From positions 175,274,001-175,338,000 of the forward strand of contig OZ024740.1 in assembly GCA_964016885.1 (NCBI GenBank): a DNA stretch of 64,000 bases. The letters run 5' to 3'. The DNA is from Eledone cirrhosa (taxonomy: Eukaryota). The position numbers and the translations under genes were made by a program. Shown piece by piece: positions 51,843 through 64,000 of this stretch. The notes beneath the pieces are model-generated. The model saw nothing but the letters and a program-made list of their open reading frames with translations. It ran no database searches and was not told the DNA's origin. Each line of letters starts with the position of its first letter. Position 1 is the first letter of the stretch.

Positions 51843-52759
51843 TCTATATATATAAAACTGTGGTTGTCTGTCTGTCTATCGATTTTTGGCACACATCTCC
51901 TCTTAGAATCTCTGACGGAATTGCACCGAAATTGCTATACTTGTACATTGAGCCCTAGCGAAGACATCGGAAAAAAAATATTTCAAATTGACCCACCCTA
52001 TGTGACGAAATCGAATATAATGTATCGATTTTTGAGCGTAAGTTATCAGTTATTTCCCTTTGTTCTGTTTACATTGAGCGTCTTACGTAAAAAATTACGC
52101 TGGCTTTCTCAGCGTTTAAAATGACATTAACACAATACACGAACAGTTGTCGAGCCAGCAAAATATTGACCTGCAAAATTCATCAGTTCGAACACTAAGC
52201 TTCCGTTTTGCTTCATTTCCATTTAAAAGCATTTTAAAACAATATTTTTACTTGAAAACAAGTCTATTTAAAGACTACGTAAAACAAGCAAATATTTCGT
52301 CGTTAGGCGTGCAGACAGACAGTCGTGCAGACAGACAGTCGTGCAGAGAGGTGATATACGCGTGCAGACAGATAGTCGTGCAGACAGATAGTCGTGCAAA
52401 GAGGTGATATAGGCGTGCAGACAGATAGTCGTGCAGAGAGGTGATATAGGCGTGCAGACAGACATAACTGATAATTTGGTTACGCTAATGTTTTTCTCTG
52501 CGTTGCAGTGTTTACATTTTCGATCTTTGTTAATAAATAACCAGTGCAGTTTTTATCCCCATGTTATAACATTCGGGTTATCGTTATGTTTTCTTAACTT
52601 CATAAGGCATATTGTTGGTTGAGGGAATATTAATAAAAAAACACCACATGCAAGTCTGCACAGTAGACACTACAGTTTTTAAGCCAAAAAAGAAACTTAA
52701 CATTGTAACTTTAACACAGCTACTGAGCGACCCCGAGCAACGCCGGGCTTTACTGCTAG
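51843..52759 (+). mobile_element. Non-autonomous Helitron with all terminal hallmarks
   Basis: A|TCTATATATATAAAA...(GTCT)n 5' end; 3' hairpin CCCGAGCAACGCCGGG, 8-nt spacer, CTAG|T; no TSD. Internal GTGCAGACAGA(C/T)AGTC minisatellite at 52305-52465. Confidence 0.88.
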
Positions 52760-52803
52760 TATTAAATAAATGGAAACTATATTTATAAAACCATATTTAT
52801 TTC

Positions 52804-52907
<104 letters not shown>

Positions 52908-52935
52908 TACACACACAGAAACGTATATATATTTC

Positions 52936-52994
<59 letters not shown>

Positions 52995-53042
52995 CACACA
53001 CAGAAATGTATATATATTTCTGTGTGTGTATATATATATTTC

Positions 53043-53075
<33 letters not shown>

Positions 53076-53499
53076 TACACACACACAGAAATGTATATAT
53101 GTTTCTGTAGCACTTCTCAATTCCCCCCTCTCTCCCCCCCTTATCCCCCTCTTGTAGTCTGTCTCTTTCTTTCACTCTCACTCTCTCTCTACGCGTGCGC
53201 AAAAAACATTCGCATGCGCGCACGTGTTTCCACTGTCGGACAGACAGAGAGAGAGATTGCTGGTTATATATTATAAGGAGATAGATAGTTTCAGCGTCGG
53301 TTAAAATGCACTTTACGTTTTGAATTCAAATCTTATGGATGTCAACTTTAAATTTCTTCTTTTTGACTTCAGTAAAACAAAGTACTACTCAAATATTAGA
53401 GTTAATATAATCGGCTATTCACACTTCACTGTAAAAAAAAAGTCTGGTCTTATGCCTATGGTAGAAATCGTGGTACTTCCACTCTCTAGTTCTATAGAG

Positions 53500-54410
53500 G
53501 ATTAGTGGTGGCCAAGTGCGACGAACTCAGTGAGACTCTAGGCGTCGAAGAAGTCGAACTGATCAGAAGCCTGTTCCGGAGGACTGTTTCGGAAGACTTT
53601 CGAGCCGGGGACGATGGATAACTTCAGAAATCCCTCGCTTGGCAGTGCTACCAGGGGGCACTGCTGGTTCGACATAAACTCAACAGGCACGGAAGTGCTG
53701 TCAGTCGGACCTGCCCGAGATGCGCTCAGAGCGACGAAACCATTCTGCACGCACTTGTTCAGTGTCCGTGCATTACTGACTTGTGGAGTTATGTCGAACA
53801 GCTGTTGACGCATGTAGAATGGATCCGGCTATCGGCCGAGTCTATAGTGAAGATTGACCCGCCGCCTTCTTTTGGCCAGGAAGGGCAGGCAATTTTCCTC
53901 TGTCTGGTGGCAGTAGCGAAAAAGGCTGTATGGTGGACCAGGTTGAAAGAACTGAAGACAGACACTTTTCTCTTCGGCCAATCTCTCATCAACCTTTCCA
54001 GGTTTCACTTGGAAATGAAGGTGAGGGTGGAGAGAGAAGTGCTGCCCCCCCCCCCCCAGTACATTTGCTAAAAGGTGGATGAATGTGGCGAGAATGGCCT
54101 GTGTGATTGGGCCTACTGTGACCATGCGCCTGTAGGCTGTTTAATTTGAGGAGCAGAGGGGTGCCCTCCCCGAGTGCCCTAGAATCGTTGGGTGCTTCAG
54201 GATTAGTGCTGTATCTGAGTCACCCCTGGGTGGTCCCCCCTCCCCTCAATTGGGGAATTTATTTTGTTATTTTTATACAGTTTTGTTTTTATATTTTTCC
54301 AAATTGGTTTCATTATTGGGCATTTTTTACTCGATGTTATTGTAAACCCCACTGTCCGTGTCTTTGTATTGTCCCCTACATGCCGGCCCTTGTGGCCAAT
54401 AAATGAAATC
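53500..54410 (+). mobile_element. 5'-truncated Tx1/L1-like LINE
   Basis: SLAWQCYQGAL.VR.KL..HG....TCPRCAQSDETILHALVQCP.ITDLW, then a frame homologous to 12495-12840. Tail GTGGCCAATAAATGAAATC followed by an (ATT)-like tract. Confidence 0.78.
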
Positions 54411-54504
54411 ATTAAGATTATTATAATTATTACTGTCGTTTCTATTACTACCATGTGTTGGTTAAGTGGGAGGATAGGCAGAACCACTAGGGTATCAGGC
54501 AAAA

Positions 54505-54790
54505 TTCCCCATCGAGGTTAACTTTGCGTTTAATCCTCCCGGGGGTCGATAAAACAAGTACTAGTCAAAATTGTTGGCCTTGTTTCTAAATTAAAAAAAA
54601 AACAATTATTGGCAGTATCGGTAGAGGGTCGGACGCCATGCTTTGCAGCAGAGTTACGGCCCTTTACGTTCTGAGTTCAAATACCGCCGAGGTTAACCTT
54701 GCCTTTCATCCTTACGGGGTCGATAAAATAAAGTACCAGTAATGCACTGGGATAATTGCTGACCTTGTGCCAAAAGTAGAAACAATTATT
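54505..54790 (+). mobile_element. Partial plus near-full SINE copies
   Basis: Core and tail at 54505-54608; full body at 54609-54790. Confidence 0.82.
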
Positions 54791-55134
54791 ATTGTGTTGG
54801 TTTGTCAAAATCGGTAGAGTGATAGTCTTGTCTTTGGATGTGAGCTCTTACGTTTTGATTTCCAATCCTGCCGTGATCGATTTCGGATTATATTCGTTCG
54901 GGATCGTTAAAACCAGGATCAGGTGTAGCTGTAATCTATTAAATCGATTAACCCTGACCCCTTGAATGTGTGTCGCCATTTGTCTCTGTTTGTGTGAAAA
55001 GTGGTTATTCTCTTCAATTTCTAAACATCAGTTCCTGGAATGTAAAGATAAGATTGGTTGATATATATACCAAATAATCTGGTCAATGAGTGTAATGACC
55101 GAGAACTTAAAAATAACCCTATGAGATAAAACAA

Positions 55135-55333
55135 TAGAAGCAGCAGCAGCATCGACAACGACAACAACTACAACGACATCGACGACGACGACGACGACAA
55201 CAACAGCAGCAGCAGCGGCAGCAGCAGCAGCAAGAACAAGAACAAGAACAAGAACACCAACAACAACAGCAGCAACAGCAGCAACAGCAGCAGCAGCAGC
55301 AGCGACGACGGCGACGACAACAGCAGCAGCAAC

Positions 55334-55369
<36 letters not shown>

Positions 55370-55605
55370 CAACACTACCACCACCACTGCTTGTACTACT
55401 ACTACTACTACTACTACTTCTACTACTACTACTACTTCTACTACTACTACTTCTACTACTACTACTACTACCACTACTACTACTACACAAAACATCAGCA
55501 TCATAGTAAAATTCTAAAGCAAAACAAAACAAGAGCAGTAACCCCCCACCCCACCACCACCACCACCAACACACAATACAACGACAGCAACAACAACATC
55601 ACTTG
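55135..55605. repeat. Compound trinucleotide microsatellite (CAG, ACG, AAC, ACT, ACC)
   Basis: Consecutive phased triplet tracts. Confidence 0.9.
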
Positions 55606-55687
55606 CAGTACATAACAGAAAGATGATAAAGATCAAACAAATGAGCAATGTTAATATATTCCAATGTTATATCGAAGTATATACACC

Positions 55688-55746
<59 letters not shown>

Positions 55747-55876
55747 ACACACACACACACATATACATATGTGTGTATGTAGACAGCATATATCATCATC
55801 ATCATCATATATATATGCCTGTTTGTGCGTGTACATCTGTTTGTATATGTATATATTTCTTTGGGACACCCTGTGT

Positions 55877-55908
<32 letters not shown>

Positions 55909-55945
55909 TTATATAATTAACAACAAAGAACGCTTAGAACATAGG

Positions 55946-56131
<186 letters not shown>

Positions 56132-56648
56132 CGAAGGAAATGTGGTAAGGAACCAGGTGGACCATAACGCACCAAAGTACTCAATACTTAGGGTATATAT
56201 ATATATATGGGTGTGTGTATGCATATATATATATATATATATGTGTGTGTATATATAAACATTTTTATAACTGATATAAATATCAGTTATAAAAATGTTT
56301 AAGCTTGTTGAATCCCAACAAATTAAATATAACCTTTGCATATATATATATAGCTCTGATTGTTTAATTTATTAATTTTTCATTGAGCCACAAAGTGACC
56401 AGTTGCAAAACACGTATATGTATGTGTATGTATATATATATGTAAACTTTTATATGTAATAATCTCCCACTAGGTTGAGATACAAATTTGGCTGTATTGT
56501 GCTGTGCTTTCTAGCAAAAATGCCACCAGTCGTAAGCAACTACCACACCCCTTCCAACTTGACTGCGACTACGTCACGATTTTTACCCATTTTGAAATGA
56601 ATTCTTGGCGCGATCGCTTTGGAAAATTTAATGTCTAGATATGAACGA

Positions 56649-56736
56649 GCTTCCTGAAGAATCCGGCGCTCAAGTTTATATAATTATTACATAATTATTG
56701 GAAAACTCAAAACACGGACGAAACCACGGTAGAGGT
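56649..56736 (+). ncRNA. Type I hammerhead, tandem copy 1
   Basis: GCTTC-CTGAAGA-ATCCG...CGGAC-GAAA-CCACGG-TA-GAGGT. Confidence 0.72.
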
Positions 56737-56995
56737 ATTTAAATGTATTCTATTTTCTCCTAGTTTATTTTAAACCTAATTCTGTTTAGTTGACTATATC
56801 TAGGCGATTACGCTGTCGAAATATTCGATAAATATTCCGCTACGGCCGACGCGAAGCGCTAGTTTTGGTTATTTGTCGGAGATTCCTTCATAGAAGCCTC
56901 ATTCGTATAGCCTGGTCTATTCGACTTTTTATATAGTTAATTATGCTAATTGGGAGAGGAAATAGTATATATTTTATCTTGTGATTCTATAGACA

Positions 56996-57078
<83 letters not shown>

Positions 57079-57083
<5 letters not shown>

Positions 57084-57204
57084 AAGGTTATATTTAATTT
57101 GTTGGGATTCAACAAGCTTAAACATTTTTATAACTGATATTTATATCAGTTATAAAAATGTTTAAGCTTGTTGAATCCCAACAAATTAAATATAACCTCT
57201 GCAT
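57079..57204. repeat. Near-perfect palindrome of about 125 bp
   Basis: GCAAAGGTTATATTTAATTTG...ACTGATAT-TT-ATATCAGT...CAAATTAAATATAACCTCTGC, related to 41370-41430. Confidence 0.9.
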
Positions 57205-57523
57205 ATATATATATATATATATATATAGCTCTGATTGTTTAATTAATTAATTTTTCATTGAGCCACAAAGTGAACAGTTGCAAAACACGTATATGTATGT
57301 GTATGTATATATATATGTAAACTTTTATACGTAATAATCTCCCACTAGGTTGAGATACAAATTTGGCTGTATTGTGCTGTGCTTTCTAGCAAAAATGCCA
57401 CCAGTCGTAAGCAACTACCACACCCCTTCCAACTTGACTGCGACTACGTCACGATTTTTACCCATTTTGAAATGAATTCTTGGCGCGATCGCTTTGGAAA
57501 ATGTAATGTCTAGATATGAACGA

Positions 57524-57611
57524 GCTTCCTGAAGAATCCGGCGCTCAAGTTTATATAATTATTACATAATTATTGGAAAACTCAAAACACGGACGAAACC
57601 ATGGTAGAGGT
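57524..57611 (+). ncRNA. Type I hammerhead, tandem copy 2
   Basis: GCTTC-CTGAAGA-ATCCG...CGGAC-GAAA-CCATGG-TA-GAGGT. Palindrome ACCATGGT. Confidence 0.76.
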
Positions 57612-57916
57612 ATTTAAATGTATTCTATTTTCTCCTAGTTTATTTTAAACCTAATTCTGTTTAGTTGACTATATCTAGGCGATTACGCTGTCGAAATATT
57701 CGATAAATATTCCGCTACGGCCGACGCGAAGCGCTAGTTTTGGTTATTTGTCGGAGATTCCTTCATAGAAGCCTCATTCGTATAGCCTGGTCTATTCGAT
57801 TTTTTATATAATTAATTATGCTAATTGGGAGAGGAAATAGTATATATTTTATGTTGAGATTCTATAGACATGTTTAATTCTGGCAATATTACGCAAATAT
57901 GACCCTCCCCAAGTAT

Positions 57917-57953
<37 letters not shown>

Positions 57954-58059
57954 TAAAAGGAAAAGAAAATGCTGACAAATTGTTCCCAGTGAAAAATAGT
58001 TTAATTAGGAATAAGTAAAAATGAGTAATAGTGTTAGTTAGTATTCAGTTTTGGTTTTG

Positions 58060-60260
58060 TGCTGGGTGTGGGTGGCATTATCTTTAAATTTGTAGAGGGG
58101 AAATATTCTGAAGTTGGGATGATTTTGGGCGGCACAGGTATCAATGTGTTCACTCACTGGTATTTTCCTGTATTCCCGTATTTTAATTTGGGATCTATGG
58201 ACAGTCATGCGTTGGCGGAGGGTGTTTTTGGTCTGGCCTACGTATTGTTCTCGACAACCTGAGCAAGTTAATACATATATTAGATTTTCTGATGCGCATG
58301 TGAAATTGTGTTTTACTATAAAACGTTGTCCTTCTTTGAAATATAATTCCGAACCCTCTATTAGGTTGATGCATATGCCACAGTTGGGTCTATCGCATTT
58401 TTTTACTGTGGGTTTCGTTGTTGTGGTTAGCAGTACTTTGGCATGTGTTAGGATATTTTTCATTGACTTAGATTGTCTTTTGCTCTTTATGATATCGTCT
58501 GTTCGTAGGATTTGGTTCATTCTATGGTCCTTTTTCAACACAGGGAAGTTCTGGAGGATGGTGTCAAAGGCCTCATTGTTGAGGGGGTTGTGTGCGGAGA
58601 TGTATGGAAGAGCTTTTAGTTTCGGTTGATTTACTTTAGGGTGTCTAAGGTCGTGGGTACTGAGTTTTAGGGCACGTTGGATTACATTGTCAATTAGTGA
58701 TGCAGGGTAGTCCCTGCCTATGAGTGTGTCCTTTAGTTCTTGTAGTCGTAAGTAGCAGGTGTTTTTATTGGAGACTATAGTACAGATTCTCTTGGCTAAG
58801 TTGTAGGGAATATTAATTTTAACGTGTCTAGGATGGCAAGAGTTGAAAGGAAGATATTGCTTGGAGTCTGTGGGCTTGTAGTATATGTCTGTTTCTGTTT
58901 TTTTGTTATGGATCTTAATGAGGATGTCGAGGAAGGGGAGTTTTTGATGGCTGTATTCGTCGTGAAGATAATATTTGTGTTGAGCCCATTTATAAGGGTG
59001 TGAATTCTTTAAGTTTCTCGATGTTTTCGTGCCAAAGGATGAAGCAGTCATCTAGATATCGCTTCCAGTTCCTTTCTATGTGTAAGTGGAGAGTGTTTCC
59101 AAATTTGTTTAGTACTTTAATGTAGAGGGTGATTTCCAGGTATCCCATGACTAGGTTGGCATAAGTAGGGGCTGTTTTCGTTCCCATAGCGGTCCCAGAT
59201 TTCTGCTTGTAGGGTTTGTTATTGAAAACGAAGTAATTGTTCTCCAAGATAAATTTGAGTCCCTCTATCACGAATTCTTTTTTGATGCGTTGTGGGAGTT
59301 CATTGTGGTAATTATCCAGCCAGAATTGGATAGCTTCTATTCCTAGGTTGTGGAGGATGTTGGAGTATAGGTTGACTACATCGAACGTCACTAGTAGGGT
59401 TTGTTCAGAAAGGGGCATATTAGGGAGGTGATTGAGCATATCTAGGTCGTCCCTTATATAGCTTTTGATGTGTTTGAGAAAAGGCTTGAGAAGGGTATCA
59501 ATGAAGTTGCTAAGGCGGTGGGTTTCGCAAGCGGGGCCTGCTATTATAGGTCTTAATTTGAGATCATTGGGTGAGGGGACATTGATGACTATGTCTGTGG
59601 CTTCCTTGCATGCCTTACTTATTAATTCGCTTTTATGTACTTTAGGGATACCGTAGAAAAGGCTGGATTTACTTGTGAAGTCTGTGATGAAGCTGAATTC
59701 CTTGTTAGTGAGTCCTTCTTTGTATTGGTTGATTAGAGTTTTTAGGTTTCTCATAATTTTCTGTTGATTGTAGTGTTCAGCCTTTTCGTAGTATGTTTCG
59801 TTTTCCAAAGTGGAGAGCGCTAAGTTGATATAGAATTCTGTCTCCATTAGGACTACTGTACTCCCTTTATCAGCCTCTTTAATTGTAATGGTTCTGTCGG
59901 TTTTCAATCTATTTAATTCTTCCCATTCTTTCTTGTTGAGGTTTGGCTTGTGTTTTTGTCTGTGCAAGTGTTGGTAAGGGAAGTTTGTGATGTGTTCACA
60001 GAATTCGTCCAGGATTTTATTTCTACCTTTTGATGGGGTCTAATTGCTTCTATTTCTGGCTAATGATTCATCCTCATTGTACTGGTCGAATAGTTGTTCA
60101 CTGAGTCGTAACTTTCTACAGAAGTCTGTGATGTCTTCCTTCATTTCATAGTAGTTAGGACGTAGTGGGGTCGGTGTGAATTTAAGACCTTTGGAGAGTA
60201 AGTTGATAAGGTTGGGTGTTGGTTCTGCACTAGTTAGATTGATAATTTTTATTACTCTCG
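58060..60260 (-). pseudogene. PLE polyprotein (N-domain, RT, GIY-YIG), probably Naiad-like; one TAG stop near 60041, frameshifts near 58960-59000, C-terminus replaced
   Basis: IINLT...LLSKGLKFTPTP; IKEADKGSTVV; FYGIPKVHKS+about 20 aa insert+DLKLRPIIAGP; TFDVVNLYSNI; GTAMGTKTAPTYANL; RYLDDCF; LPFLDI; YKPTDSKQYL...SCHP; GIY-YIG as in 1-735. Confidence 0.93.
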
Positions 60261-61343
60261 GTTTCTCCTCCCTGTCTTGTGTTATTTTGTTTGCCTGTAT
60301 CTGTGTGCTGTGTCTAAAAAATGGTTGGGGTAGAGAGGTTGTCTGCTGATGTTAAGTGGTCTCCTGTGTTTGTTATATTCCTTGTTGTTGTAAAATGTGG
60401 TTCGGGTTCGTGGTTGTAGATTGAATGGAGTGTTCCTGTATTGCGAGTATGGATGTGTGTTTCTATGTGCCATGTTGGATTGTGGTGTTATAGGTGGCCT
60501 ACGTTGTGGGTTGTATCGTGTGGTGTGGGTTTGTTGTGTATTGTGGAAGCGAGAGTTGAGAAAATGGAAATTACCTTGCTGTCCCCTTGAAGCGGGGAAG
60601 TTGTTACATCTATCATGGTGGTGGTATCTTTTCCCTATGTTTGACGATGAGGCATCCGCGTAGTAGTTGAGTGATTTGGCATGGTGTCTCCTTGAAGGGG
60701 GAAAGTTGTAAATCTAATTCTGGGGGAGATGATTTCTAGGGTTTTTGTTCCTTCTTATGGTAGCGAGGTTGGGAAGTTCATCTTCGGTGTGGTGCTTCCT
60801 TCTTCTTTTGTTAGTGGCTGGGGGGGGGGGGGGGTTTGCGAAGTTGTTGTGCGGTTCGGTTATGGGTTTTCCTATTTTTATGAACGGGTTATTGGAGGTG
60901 TAATCCGTTTTAAAAATCGATTCATAGTGTAGGAACCAAGCGGCACTTTTTTCCCAGCGTTGAAGGAATTTCAGTTCTTCTATGTTACTATGTGAATGTG
61001 AGTATATGTATTTTGTAGAGGTGTGCAAATATGTTTGTGTGTGAATGCGTTGGTGAAAGGATACGTACACTTGAAAGAAAAATTAAAGTCTGAATGTTAA
61101 TTAAGTGCAAACACAAAACCAACCACGCATATCTTCACTATCTCTAATCTTTCTATAGATTTAGAAAAATAACCAATAATATATTCTATAAAAAATGTCA
61201 AAACAACAGATGGGAATCTAATTACTCACTGCCACCAAAAATTCTCACTGCTATTAAAAAACCACTCCCTCAACTATTCTTCTAACAACTTCACCCCTCC
61301 CTCCTAATATTCTCTATAAAAACCAAATAGGTCCTCAGTAATA

Positions 61344-61464
61344 TTATTCTGATGAAATGACAGTAAATAATAACATTGAAATATTGAATGTCTGCATAAC
61401 TAATACTTTGTAGATAGCAGCTGTTTTCAGGTTATGTAACTGTTATAGAAACACGTGTCAATAA
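61344..61464 (+). ncRNA. Type I hammerhead with extended stem II, upstream of and antisense to the PLE ORF
   Basis: TTATT-CTGATGA-AATGACAGT...ACTGTTATA-GAAA-CACGTG-TC-AATAA. Palindrome ACACGTGT. Confidence 0.82.
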
Positions 61465-61611
61465 ATTCCTTTCAACTAAACTGTATCCATTCAAATCTTT
61501 CTATTTTTCTCCGGATAACTTTTGGAACTACAACTGGAACCGTCGAGCAAACTCTACGTGAGCTGTCAATCTACTGTGTGTAATATTTATATTACAACAC
61601 AACGGAAAATA

Positions 61612-61972
<361 letters not shown>

Positions 61973-62165
61973 AGGTCCCTATATATATATATATATACGG
62001 GATAACAAGTTATCGTTACAGACAATCCACTTAGATGTAGTCTAGTTAGTGTACTCCCTGTTGTGGATGGTATTAACGTATGGCTTAGTTTGACTCAACA
62101 AGACGCTTCCATAGTGATGCAGCGAGTTCACGGTGATTTCTATGTAGGTTATACTTGGAGTAATA

Positions 62166-62497
62166 ATAATTCAAGAAAGAAGAGCAACATAGTTGTCTGT
62201 ACAATAAGGGCTTTATTCACAGTGCTGACAATTGTTTCTTTGATCTGGTAGGTCTAGAGTTCGCTAATCGCTTGGTATTGCGTCAATGGATCTCCAATAC
62301 TTTGTTTATAACCAGTTAATTCATCGTCGCTCGCTCTGATGGATTGACTGGTTACAAACAAAGTATTGGAGATCGATTGACGCAACATCTAGCGATTAGC
62401 GAACTCTAGACCTACCAGATCAAAGAAACAATTGTCAGCACTGTGAATAAAGCCCTTATTGTACAGACAACTATGTTGCTCTTATTTCTTGAATTAT
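62166..62497. repeat. Fold-back unit (arms 62166-62325 / 62338-62497) with a damaged hammerhead in each arm
   Basis: Plus arm GCT-CTGATGG-ATTGACTGGT...ACCAGATCAAA-GAAA-CAATTG-TC-AGC (62333-62439). The minus arm has ACGATGA at the same place. Confidence 0.78.
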
Positions 62498-62916
62498 ATA
62501 TATATATATATTATTTTTATTGTTTGACCCGAATTACTTGGTCGTTTGTTTTGGCTGTGCGGATGATATGTTTAATCATCATCTCAGTGTGTTTGCCCCT
62601 TAACATATGTTGTAGCTCTGATTCACATGAATCATCGAGCGCTTGCCACACATATCGGACGTTGATTTTCCTTAATTCCTGAGCTGAAATACGATTCTCG
62701 CTAATTTATATTTATATATATATATATAAATAGTCTGTTCGCTTGTTACGCGAACTTGAATTAGGCGAATTCGCTTTAACGTTTCTGTAAGAAATATTAC
62801 TAAATATTCACTCTGCGTGAATAACGCGGTATAACGCGTGTGATTTTTATTTATTATTTTATTTATCAGAAAATTAGACTTGAATTACAAGATTTTGTAC
62901 ATTTGTACAGTGTATG

Positions 62917-63023
<107 letters not shown>

Positions 63024-63186
63024 GTATATATATATATGCGCGTGTGTGTGCGCACGCGCCTGTATTGATAAAAAATCAGAGAATGTATCAACATTTATAT
63101 ATGATTATATAGATGGAATGATGAGATCAATAAATAGATGTAACTATGGTGATTAGCTAAATAATAAAAAGAAAATGTGTAAAAAG

Positions 63187-63249
<63 letters not shown>

Positions 63250-63744
63250 TGTGTGTGTGTGTGTGTGTAATTAATTGTTTATGGCAGATTTAAAGATCAG
63301 AGGTGCTGTGGTGTGTGCCTCTCTGGGGACAAAATGATTAATGGATGTGAAGCAAAGATTTGTTAGAATATATGCAGATGTAATTGTTGTAAAGACGAAA
63401 TTATAATAGTAATATTAATGAGGTAAGTGAGATAAGAACTGTAGATATATAAAGATAATAAAGAAATTTAAAGTTGTAGAATATTAGCGTAAGATGATAT
63501 GGAGACAATATTCCTGGAGAAATTCTATGGAAGGTGATTATAAATTTGATAAAGTTTGACTGTATTCTGTTTAGAGAGCCTTAGTTTAAACTTTGAAGAT
63601 TGGCTTGACTTGTTTAGAAGCTAAGATGATTTGCCTTAAATATGGCTATTAGAAGGTTCATACATACACACATGCATGCATACATACATGTATACATCCA
63701 TACGTAAATACATACGTACATACCATATATATATATATATATAT

Positions 63745-63922
63745 TTCACAGTATTTTTTGACTAAAGAAATTTTAGTCTGATAATGGGGTTTAGAACCCT
63801 CAGATAAATGGAAAAAGATGAGTATTGACGTACATACGTCAATACTCATCTTTTTCCATTTATCTGAGGGTTCTAAACCCCATTATCAGACTAAATTTTC
63901 TTTAGTAAAAAAATACGGTGAA
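63745..63922. repeat. Near-perfect palindrome of about 178 bp next to (TA)n
   Basis: Centre ATTGACGTA-CA-TACGTCAAT with a 2-nt loop. The outer part resembles 19135-19186. Confidence 0.9.
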
Positions 63923-64000
63923 AGCTATTCTATTTTCTAATTTCAAACCTGCTCACTGTTTCAAAGCATATTTTACTTGTCATATATGTATATATATATA

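Larger units (their letters stand above)
56258..57920 (+). repeat. Direct tandem duplication (about 56258-57000 and 57121-57875, period 875 bp), second copy with extra tail before (TA)n
   Basis: GCTCTGATTGTTTAATT...GATTCTATAGACATGTTT occurs twice with few substitutions. Confidence 0.9.

Noticed and set aside
50950-52465. CRISPR-like arrays
   Set aside because: Eukaryotic context, no unique spacers and no cas genes; these are minisatellites.
58060-60260. Selenocysteine recoding as described for some Naiad elements
   Set aside because: Conserved cysteines are ordinary Cys codons, the only in-frame stop seen is TAG at a probable Trp codon, and I saw no SECIS.

Overview
Eukaryotic, AT-rich, microsatellite-saturated non-genic DNA with no recognisable host exon. 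The dominant tRNA-derived SINE and the (TA)n/(CA)n load suggest an octopod cephalopod genome (inference). Nearly all ORF-track entries are microsatellite translation noise. Real coding remnants are all transposon-derived: two copies of one Penelope-like element (PLE) family, a second and different near-complete PLE, Tx1/L1-, RTE-, RTE-X- and CRE-like LINE fragments, and a mariner fragment. Non-coding elements include Helitrons, hAT and Tigger-type MITEs and many SINEs. The most striking hidden signal is RNA structure. By eye I find about 17 complete type I hammerhead ribozyme (HHR) folds plus several damaged or half copies, from roughly a dozen sequence families. Most have family-specific palindromic stem III sequences, and two unrelated families carry a compensatory U3-A8 core. 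They mostly sit in head-to-head fold-back units, one ribozyme per strand, bounded by (TA)n. One pair is a same-strand tandem 875 nt apart (retrozyme-like). All folds and coordinates were read manually and need computational confirmation.
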